DNA of 63,749 nucleotides, filler included, from Corallochytrium limacisporum Hawaii (lineage: Eukaryota > Protista > Pluriformea): the NCBI GenBank assembly GCA_002811645.1. It is 7 parts of 7 records of this genome, joined end to end, with 100 filler letters (N's around TTAATTAATTAA, not from the genome) between each part and the next. Parts side by side here need not be neighbours in the genome. Positions count along the whole stretch, not along the records: positions 36,703 to 54,467 come from PDIP01000196.1; positions 54,568 to 59,648 come from PDIP01000211.1; 5 more parts are not named here. The stretch is one strand, 5' to 3'. Within the stretch, counting starts at the first letter, position 1; each line of letters begins with the position of its first letter. The notes under the pieces are model-generated. The model made no database searches. It saw only the letters and a program-made list of their open reading frames with translations, and was not told where the DNA came from. This document shows positions 44,947 to 54,760 of the stretch, one piece after another. Made by a program: the position numbers and the translations under genes.

Positions 44947-46830
44947 GAAAACAGGATTCCGAATTCCATGTGTGCTGTACTCTTAAAACTTGCAGCTCGT
45001 GTGGATCATCACAGAATATGTATAGGTCGGCGTGGTTCTTGAGGGAATTATGGCTTCCATGGTGAGAGCCATGCAAACGTGTACTGTAGAGCAGCCAGCT
45101 CTGTCATTGTCTTGATTAGCATTCTCATTAAATCACATTAACTTTGTTGAGTTGCTGTCGATGAAATAACAGCTCTTTGGGTCTTTTCTTGCCATGTATC
45201 TCTTCGCTGATACATCTGATGGTACAATGCAGCTCCAACTGTCAACACCTGTATTAGTCCGCCAATCTGCCTGCCATAATGGGTTGAGCCTTCCCCCCGC
45301 GGGGGGGGGGTTTGGGCACGGCGGGAAGCATGGTACCAGTAGGAAGAATCTGACACCGTCACCAAGTGGCTCACCGATTTTCCTCAGAGCAGCTCAATGA
45401 GTTGCGATGGTTTAGCAACAGTAAATACTATCTGCTCTATTTCCTTAGAAAACATCAAGAGATCCCCAACAAAAGTGTGCGGTATCTTGCAATCTATGAA
45501 ATGTTGGTGTCGAGAAATATTGTGCCCCATCAAAACATACGGGGGCGCATCACTGTCATCGGGTGACCCCGCTCTCCTCATACACCCAATTTACGTGACT
45601 TCTACACTTTTGATGACGGGCTTTAGTAAGTTTTGGAATCTTGGCACCAACAAAAAGTTAAAACATACAATATTTCCCATTTTTCGTCCCATGGGAGCGA
45701 ACCTTTAGCCGCAGACTGCAATCTAATAGACCTGTCCCTGGGAAGAGTACATGCTTTTGTGATTTTGCTTTGTGGGTTGGACACAGATGTGTATCGCTCC
45801 GGCTCATCACTGTCGGTGGGACAATTCAAGGTTTTCGGCGTTTATGATTGGAATTGGAAAGCCCAGTCTTCTCTGTTCGTCCTTACGAAGTACTATAGTA
45901 CCGGTGGTACCAATTACGAACCAAGCTCACTAATGCCGGACGTATTCCCAGTTATAATGGGAAGTGGTTGTCAAAGCAGCGAATTCTCAGGATCGGGCAA
46001 AAAATAAATGAGGCCGTTTCGCACAAACTCAAGAGTGGGCCGTTTCTTGAAACCAGGAATATGACATTTCTTGCTCTCATGGCTGACAACAACAGTGGTC
46101 CTCAAATTACTAAATACAATTTTCGTTGCCATAGCCCTTTTCTATGGCGAACAATTGTTGCAAAAACGCAAACGTTGACCTGGAACTGTTGGAACAGCCA
46201 ACCCTCGGTCCTTTGATTCAGGCCAGGACCGCCTATGTGTATGCTACTGTTCTTCAAAAAAAACACAGTTTTGCTACTATACCGTACTCATTCTTGTGCC
46301 GCACTTCCACGCTGCCCTATCTATAGACTGGCTTTATAGAATACAGCAACCAATGTCATTTTGTGTTCCTTGGCTGCGAGGACATGCGCAAAACGCTTAG
46401 CGTGAATGGTGCCTGGGCAAGCTGGTAGTGATCTCTGCATGAGAGAATAGGGGGAGATGATCACCGGTCATTGTCACACAACTGTTCCCGAATACTGTAG
46501 AATTTGAGGCCAGATGACTGGTTGCAGCGGCCATCCGGCCCAGGAAGTTGTGCCCACCGGGAAGGGAAAAGGTCAAGGTGCTCGCTCCTTGTCCTTCCCG
46601 CTACCGACCAGCAAGTCGCCACATGCTCTGTTCCGATGAAAACAATCACCGATCATTCAACTAACATACCCAAGACCTGTCTCTGTGAGAATCCGTCTCA
46701 AGATAAACAGGAAGCCTTTGGGAAGTCAATTCAGGTATTTAAGGATCCCGAAGACGATCACATGGAATGTCATGCAAAGAATAGCCAAGAGCTCATTAGT
46801 ATTCAATTCTCTTTAGTCGGTTAAACAAAA

Positions 46831-47464
46831 ATGACGCAAATTTTTGCTTTCGTATCCATGGCTGTGCTGTCTTTGGCAAACATTGCTGCTGCTGGCCCAG
46901 TGACTGGTCCCGGTGTGGCTGCTCCTGCTGTGGCTGCTCCTGCTGTGGTCGATGATTCCACCTGCCCATCTCAAGCCGACTGCCAGAACTGGTGTCCTGG
47001 ATCCGGAGTAGGCCGCTACTGCTCCGANNNNNNNNNNNNNNNNNNNNNNNNNNNNNNNNNNNNNNNNNNNNNNNGATTCCACCTGCCCATCTCAAGCCGA
47101 CTGCCAGAACTGGTGTCCTGGATCCGGAGTAGGCCGCTACTGCTCCGAAGTCCAACCCGGCTACAATGACAATTGCCCCAGCACCTGTGAAGGTGATTGC
47201 TGGTTGTGCTTTGGGGGCTGGGATGAGACCGCTGCCGTGATTGACGCCCCTGCCGTGGCTGCTCCTGCTGTGGCTGCTCCTGCTGTGGTCGATGATTCCA
47301 CCTGCCCATCTCAAGCCGACTGCCAGAACTGGTGTCCTGAATCCGGAGTAGGCCGCTACTGCTCCGAAGTCCAACCCGGCTACAATGACAATTGCCCCAG
47401 CACCTGTGGAGGTGATTGCTGGTTGTGCTTTGGGGGCTGGGATGCGACTGTAGCTGCCGTTTGA
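46831..47464 (+). CDS. Secreted precursor with tandem 8-Cys modules separated by (VAAPA)n spacers (spans an N gap)
   Basis: Signal peptide MTQIFAFVSMAVLSLANIAAA. A 219-nt/73-aa repeat contains C-x5-C-x3-C-x8-C-x10-C-x3-C-x3-C-x2-C. The frame is open from 47075 to TGA at 47462. GGTATTTAAGG lies 96 nt upstream. Confidence 0.85.
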
Positions 47465-48349
47465 AACTTTTAGAAGCATCTATTAAAGAGGATTCGTGTC
47501 AGTGAAAGAGGAATATTTAGCAGAGAAGAAATGTCCCCGCGGTTATGATCTTTAGCCCCCTGTACTCAAGGTGACCTGCAGGCCACAAGAGGGGCATGCT
47601 CAGACATGTTTCGGGTTTCAAGGAAAAAGAACAGTATGGTACAAGCGTTTCAAACTTGACAAGTTCAAAGTTGAGCGGACACAGAGCCGCTCTCCTGAAC
47701 CCCATCTTCATATGATAGCATGAGCTAATACAACAAGATCTGCAGGTCATGGGGATTTTTAAGTAGAGACCGCATGTTTCGACTTTCGATGCAATGACTG
47801 CGCACAATCCCCAATGCCAGCGCCCTTGGGCAACTTCCCGGTGTACCTGACCCCGTTTCCGAGGTACTTCACGAGACCTATCTCTATCAACAGGATTAAT
47901 GCTCCACGATTCTCCGCAGTGATCACTTGCCAGTGCCATCTTTGATCGACCAGGATGTCCAACTGCGTAGTAGACTTGGTCATTACCTTTCTTGTTTACC
48001 GTTCAAGTTTTAGATTCTTCAGCTGTCCAAGTCACCCTCTGCTTCAGGACCCTTGCGTGTAGGGACATGAAAGGTCGGTGGAAATTCGCAGGGGAGACGA
48101 ACTGGATAATTCAGGCATTCCCGATGCAACCATGATGCTGCGGTTTCCAGAATAAGCATAACACGGATTTGTGCAGGTCAGGGTCTAACATTGATTTCAA
48201 TAGAATTTCTGCATCTGTGTCCCGCCTATCGCGTGTTTTCATGGAGACCACCTTTCAGTAAGATTCCGAATGGCATCGCCGCGGTATAATATTGTATCCC
48301 AAGATTCGAGCTTGTTAGAATAGTAACCAGGTGATGTGTCAGGGAATGA

Positions 48350-48566
48350 TGCTCTTTGGCTGGGATGAGACTGTCACGGCCGCGATTGACGCTCCTGCCG
48401 TGGCTGCCCCTGCCGTGGCTGGCACTGCTGTGGCTGGTTCTGCTGTGGCCGATGCTTCCTGCCCATCTCAAGCCGACTGCCAGAACTGGTGTCCTGAAGC
48501 CGGACCAGACCGATACAGCTCCGAAGTTCAACGGGGCTTCAATGACAATTGCCCCAGTCATTGTCC
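48350..48566 (+). pseudogene. Diverged orphan copy of the 8-Cys module
   Basis: FGWDETVTAAIDAPAVAAPAVAGTAVAGSAVADASCPSQADCQNWCPEAGPDRYSSEVQRGFNDNCPSHC. Cys4 is changed to Ser, the last two Cys are lost and no signal peptide is visible. Confidence 0.75.
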
Positions 48567-50213
48567 CTATACCGGATCCGGGGCCCGGCGATGGACAGCT
48601 ACTTCAACGCCAATGGTTACACATTAACGGCTGGGGCTACCAGCTGACCACTGAGAAGATGTCCTTGGGAAATGGTGTCTGTGCTGCCTCGTGTTCTTCT
48701 TTCCAACTAAAAGTCTGGTTGTGTGTAGTCGCCAGTTTTACCAGATTATGCTCTTTATGTTCTTCTGGGTACGTTTCCTCACAACTCACATGCAAAGAGA
48801 TGAGATCCTGGTGACCACCAGCTGTGTCCGTAGCGAACTAGGCTTACATGGGCTCCAGTATCCAATACAATTGGGCATTTCACAACCAACGAGCAACCTT
48901 TGATAAATATCACGTTATACAGCCCACTGTTGCTGACCTGATTTCGTCGGACCTGAACCACGACATGGCATTTTAGTGCTCTTTGCCAAAGCTTAGAAGC
49001 CCCAGTGGCAGGACGCAGAAGAGATTGGACGTGTAAGTCGACGCCCTGTCCCTGCCAATACTGCGCGGAGGATTCGAAAAACTGATAACGGTTTCAAGTT
49101 CCTGCGGGCCAAAAAAATCGATCAGTTCTCAAAAACCCAGTGCGCCACCCCTCCATTGAAAATAGCCAGAAGCCAGGGCAAACTTCTATATAAACAATAT
49201 GAGGCCCGCTAATTCCTTCAAAAGGTTAAATGGTGGCCTCGTGCCCTCCCCTTTTTTTTTCTCTCCGGCAGCCGCGTTGTCAATCGAGGTGACTCCCGCC
49301 GGTAGTTCAGAAGTGTCCCCCCCTTCGTAGTGTGAGCGTGACGTTTGTCTCCGTCACTGAGTATTGAAAAGTGTATAAGATGTGTTAGTCTGCCGGACCC
49401 GTATATTTACGTTCAATTCGGAGAAAGTAGAAGCATGCAATCCATCAGGGAGAATTACACGCACCAAGGTTTCCGTGGTACGTAAGACTATACCCAACCG
49501 ATCGCTCAAACTAGGCAATGGAGTGATGCCACCGGCAGTAAAGATACGGAGCGCATAAATAAATAGAGATTAGATGCTGGGTGGATCGTGATTTCGTCTT
49601 TTTTTTCTCCGTATAGGAGGTATGTCTTAGGTACTGTGACCTCCGGAAACTGCCAAGGAAGGTGCGAACGAGCATTTTCTATGAAGGCGGTGAACATACG
49701 ATACAGTACACATTCTTGTGTTCATGCTTCATAATGAGTCTTGGAACTACTAGAAACACTATGCCCTATTCATGTACTCAAACACATGATGAAGCTTGAA
49801 TTCCTAAGACCATAATCAGTTTCAATCCTTGGGATTGATATTTCTGTGGAATGCAGATGGGTCCCGTCCAAATCACATAGCATCAGTGATACATCGAATA
49901 GCAAAATACTAGAATCAGAAAGTGTCACGGCCTTGTGCCAGCTTCATCTATCTCGAGAGCCACCGGCACTCCGTGCCCATTTAGATAAAGCATCACGGTC
50001 CTAATATTCTCGTGTATGGTTGCCAGTTCGGGGGATATGGTGTCTCTAACCCAGGGCAAACTGTCCAAGATCCTCTGTATGCATGAAATGGATTCTGTGT
50101 TGATACGTATTTAACGCGATCGTGATCAGACGACTCACGGCTGAAGGGACCTTTCTTAGCGACAGCGACTCCATTCAAAATTGAAAGACCTTGAACGTCT
50201 TCAATCCATTACC

Positions 50214-51716
50214 ATGCATTTTTCTAAGCAGTTTATGATCGCGGGAGCTCTGGCTTCTGTTGTTGCCGGCGCGCCTCTGTCTAGGGCCAATGATATCGCT
50301 CCTCAGGAAGCTGATGGCCTTGCCGTCAATGCTGACGGTGCTCCCGCTGCTGGTCCCCAAGACGGCTTCCATGCCGATGGCCTTGCCGCCGATGGCCTTG
50401 CCGCCGATGGCCTTGCCGTTAATGCTGACGGTGTTAACGCTGCCGGTCCCCAGGCACGTGTCCATGCCGCTGGTCTTGCTCGCCGTCAAACAGGCGCACA
50501 TGCTAATGGCGCTCATGCTGCCGGTCCGCAAGATGGCGTCCACGCCGCTGATGGCCTAGCTGCTGATGGCCTTGCTGCTGATGGCCTTGCCGTTGATGCT
50601 GACGATGTTCACGCGGCCGGTCCTCAGGCACGCGTCCACGCCGATGGCCTTGCCGCTGATGGCCTTGCCNNNNNNNNNNNNNNNNNNNNNNNNNNNNNNN
50701 NNNNNNNNNNNNNNNNNNNNNNNNNNNNNNNNNNNNNNNNNNNNNNNNNNNNNNNNNNNNNNNNNNNNNNNNNNNNNNNNNNNNNNNNNNNNNNNNNNNN
50801 NNNNNNNNNNNNNNNNNNNNNNNNNNNNNNNNNNNNNNNNNNNNNNNNNNNNNNNNNNNNNNNNNNNNNNNNNNNNNNNGATGGCCTTGCCGTTGATGCT
50901 GACAGTGTTAACGCTGCCGGTCCTCAGGCACGCGTGCATGCCGCTGGTCTTGCTCGTCGTCAAACAGGCGCACATGCTAATGGCGCTCATGCTGCCGGTC
51001 CGCAAGATGGCGTCCACGCCGCTAATGGCCTAGCTGCTGATGGCCTTGCTGCTGATGGCCTTGCCGTTGATGCTGACGATGCTCACGCGGCCGGTCCTCA
51101 GGCACGCGTCCACACCGATGGCCTTGCCACTGATGGCCTTGCCGTTGATGCTGACAGTGTTAACGCTGCCGGTCCTCAGGCACGCGTGCATGCCGCTGGT
51201 CTTGCTCGTCGTCAAACAGGCGTGCATGCTGATGGTCTTGCTGATGATTCTCAGGCAGGCGTCCGTGCTTCTGACGAGATGGACTATTGCTACTACTACA
51301 CCCTGACAAGTGCTTCTTGTAGTCAAGCTTACATTAAGAGCCGGGGAGGCTGCCCCAACGGTATTTCAGGCCAGCTGATTATCGACGGCACCACCCAGGG
51401 TACTCAGACACTTGATCTCTCCTACAGAAAATGTGGGGGGGTAAAGATGGGCTCAGAAATGGATGCCTTCTTTTGGACCTACGATCCCAAGGACACCCCT
51501 AGCGGGTCTTCAATCACCATTGATATGGCCGCGGAACCGTACCCGAAAGGTCGTGACAAATCCCGCGAATTCCTCCCCAACTCACCTCGGACTTTCCCGA
51601 TCCCCCCTCCCGACGCCGAGGAGGGTACGACCCAGACGGGTCGGTTCACTTCTACGAACAAGCTCGGCCAGTGCTCCGTCTCCTACCAAGTCAAGAAGGT
51701 GTACTGCAAGCACTAA
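50214..51716 (+). CDS. Secreted repeat precursor: (ADGLA)n/AAGPQ repeats with LARR|Q sites and a C-terminal 6-Cys globular domain (spans an N gap)
   Basis: accATG at 50214 and signal peptide MHFSKQFMIAGALASVVAG. 15-nt repeat units, three visible LARRQ sites and a unique ~145-aa C-terminus (DYCYYY...VYCKH). Confidence 0.85.
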   Translation: MHFSKQFMIAGALASVVAGAPLSRANDIAPQEADGLAVNADGAPAAGPQDGFHADGLAADGLAADGLAVNADGVNAAGPQARVHAAGLARRQTGAHANGAHAAGPQDGVHAADGLAADGLAADGLAVDADDVHAAGPQARVHADGLAADGLAXXXXXXXXXXXXXXXXXXXXXXXXXXXXXXXXXXXXXXXXXXXXXXXXXXXXXXXXXXXXXXXXXXXXXXDGLAVDADSVNAAGPQARVHAAGLARRQTGAHANGAHAAGPQDGVHAANGLAADGLAADGLAVDADDAHAAGPQARVHTDGLATDGLAVDADSVNAAGPQARVHAAGLARRQTGVHADGLADDSQAGVRASDEMDYCYYYTLTSASCSQAYIKSRGGCPNGISGQLIIDGTTQGTQTLDLSYRKCGGVKMGSEMDAFFWTYDPKDTPSGSSITIDMAAEPYPKGRDKSREFLPNSPRTFPIPPPDAEEGTTQTGRFTSTNKLGQCSVSYQVKKVYCKH

Positions 51717-53946
51717 AAATCTGCAGGAGCTCGATTCCTCAGAAATGCGTTCGCGTGCGCACCCCCTAACACCCAGAAGTATAAAAATAGAAAGTCCTCG
51801 GGCACAGAAATAAAGCATTGCAAAAATGAAGTTGTTAATGAAAATTTCATTTCTAACTTTATTCTCTTTTATCCCAATCTATTGGGGTAGGGCGCCCAAA
51901 TTGATAACTGTGAATTGCATATTTCCATACTGAAACCACCGTATCCTTTCAACTGTCCCGTTTCGCGAGGGCAAAGCGAGAATGACCAGCAGACCAAAAT
52001 CACAATTAAATGAAATTTGGCTATGGTGCCTACTCAATAAAGAATCCCTGCATATTTGCGATCCATCCGACTTTCCAGAGCCAACTGATTTTCCGCATCA
52101 CCGCATGCACATTACGCAACAGCAAGTTGAGTCCGCACATGTCAGTCTCCTTCACCATCCCCTTCCCTAAAGGCTTCATGAGCATCTTGCAAGATTTCAC
52201 AACCGAATCAGCGAATGGGCTTCCATCGAAATTCTTCCCTGAGGGAGTAGGAGGTCACGTCCAGTACTGAGGTCGTCTGTTTGGAGCACTTGGTGGATTG
52301 ACTCGTATTGTACGCGGTATTTCGGACAGTGCACCTCCCCACTCTCAGGAGGGGAGCGTGGGTTAACTCGGTTCACCGTCAGAACGCTGGGTTCGCACAG
52401 CACCCCTGGACGGATTTGCACAGTTTGAGAGTAGCGGGCCGGTCTGGGACCGCAGAGCCCGCTCCCCCGGTGGGTCAGGGTTAGGCTTGGTGAGCAAACC
52501 CAGCGTCCGCAAAGTAACCTCAAGGAGGACCGTCGGTGGTCTGCGGGGTTCCACATACACTTGCCATATGGGGCCAAATTTATTTGCTTATAAGGAAAGG
52601 CTCCCAAGCGCTGGGGCAGAATTCCATTTGAGGAAAGTTTTGCAATGCACTAAGAAACCCTCGTTCTCTGTAACTGCCCCCGCCCGCCCGGATTTCCTGC
52701 CATTTTGCTATGGGTTTTCTTTCCTTTTCGATTTTGGGGTTTTAGGGGTTCGATAACACCGGAGTACTGAATCATTTCAGACACTCATATGACCACGTGC
52801 GTTGACTGCAGCAGGGGATCGCGGTACTGAAAGTTCGATATTCCGCAAAAAATTGGGACGGTGAGAAAACGTTCTGTGGGTTCAGATCCATTCTTTTTGC
52901 GTTCTTCTCAGGCAAGTGGTAGGTTGGTTTCTATCGAATCCGCCAGGCCAAATCCTTATTTTTCAGCTGCTGCAATATCCGATGTATTGAGCAATGCACC
53001 ACGATCTCGAGCTGTGTTACCCAAGCATTCTAAAGGGAGACTACGTACAAATGATGTATAGCTCTGTGAGGTCAATATTCTCATGCCTGCTGCTGCACGC
53101 ACACTTTGTGTTGGGCACCGGGACAGAGGTGAGAACTGTCATTCCAGGCTCAGTGATGCTTGTGCGACAGAATGAAGAGGTCCAACAGTATACGGTAATG
53201 TGCGGCCACTGAAGGATACGACTACTGAAGCCACAGAGTTGTTGCATTCAATAAACTTTTACTTTTGTTCACTGGGGAACCATGATGAAGCTTGTCACCT
53301 TGTAAATGACATTGCCATTAATATGTATGTAACTGGGTGTTTGTTCACAGATCTGTGTACAAGGTCTCACACAAAGAATCGGCATCGGCACCATGGGCAG
53401 GTGGCTTCAGTGTCCTCACTCCTTGCTCGAACCGAAGGGTATCGCCAGGGTATGGCAACGGTTAGACAAGGCAGATTAGAAGGGAACACGCGCAAAGCAA
53501 GTCAAATAGCCTGATAGCTCAATAGAGTGCGCACACTTTTCCCCAAGAAGACCTTTGGGGAAGGGAGTTCCTTGGTGTTGCACAGCCATTTTGGAGGGGG
53601 GGAAAGCAAGTTTGAATGAGTGGCAAGATGGTCACCGTAATTCCACGTGAACTGGCGCAGGCGCGAACAAGAGGCGCCGTCGTTTTGCTATATTTTCAAG
53701 CCTGAAGGCGGTGTTGTTCGTTCGGCAACAATTTCGTCCAGAAATTTCCTTCTTGGGATAACACATATACCACAGACCCGCAGATGAAGAGTTGAGAAGG
53801 ACAGCCTGGGAGGACTTTCTGGCACCCCAACGTACTTAAAGGGGGACGGATCTGAGAGGAAATCTGCTCGGTCAGACAGACATTATCCTCAAGAGGCCTT
53901 TTGCACAGTAAATACTACAGCAAACACATACTCCAAAACCATCAAC

Positions 53947-54467
53947 ATGAGCTCTATTTCTTTTTCCTACCTTGCAGTGAAGCTGGGTGTAATTGTCAGC
54001 AGCTTTGTGGTCGCCGGACTGCTGCTGAGCTCTGATCTGTGGGAATACAAGAAGGACTTTACCACCGCACAGCAGGCTGGAAGTGGTGGCCTTGCTATTG
54101 TCAGTGTTCTCGGTGGCTGCGTGAGTGCTCTACTTGCCATCGCCTACCTGATCACCGCCAAGCAAGACTCCGGCTCCTCTAAGGTCCTGGGTGCTAACGT
54201 TGGCCTCGGTGCTCTGTTCACTCTGCTCTCCTTCGTTTTTGCCATTTGCTACGTCGCCATCTACTCCTCTGACAAGATGGTTGTCGGTGCCAGTATTGGT
54301 CCCAATGGAGGTTCATCCGGAGGTTCAAATATTGGTCCCCTTCCTACCAATGACTTGGCTGAGGATACCTTGCCCACCGAACCGGCCACGTTCACTTACG
54401 CTACCATCTTCAGCAGCGAATTCCCCAGTCACGGTGACTACATCGCTGCTGCCGCCTTTGGCTTCAT
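53947..54467 (+). CDS. Multi-pass membrane protein, MARVEL-like four-TM (3' end in gap)
   Basis: Three hydrophobic helices, a long loop, then IAAAAFGF, which is typical of MARVEL TM4. aacATG start after an A/C-rich leader. Confidence 0.65.
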
Positions 54468-54567
54468 NNNNNNNNNNNNNNNNNNNNNNNNNNNNNNNNN
54501 NNNNNNNNNNNTTAATTAATTAANNNNNNNNNNNNNNNNNNNNNNNNNNNNNNNNNNNNNNNNNNNN

Positions 54568-54760
54568 TGAGGATAGCGGTGAAGACGCGCAGGACCTTGC
54601 CCTTGGCATCGAGGTCAGCCCAGGGGGTACCGAGCTCGGAGTTGAATGCTACATTCCATGGGTCTTCTTCCTCCATGGACTCGTCATCGACGGCCTTTTT
54701 CTCATTAGTGGGCTCCTGAACGGGAGCGAGGTCCACGACCATGTCAGACTGGGGAGCCAT
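54568..54760 (-). CDS. SLC34: N-terminus of SLC34/NaPi-II sodium-phosphate cotransporter (rest in gap)
   Basis: EEEDPWNVAFNSELGTPWADLDAKGKVLRVF resembles the animal NaPi-IIb pre-TM1 motif DPW...W.E.D.KGK.L (recalled from memory). Confidence 0.75.
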
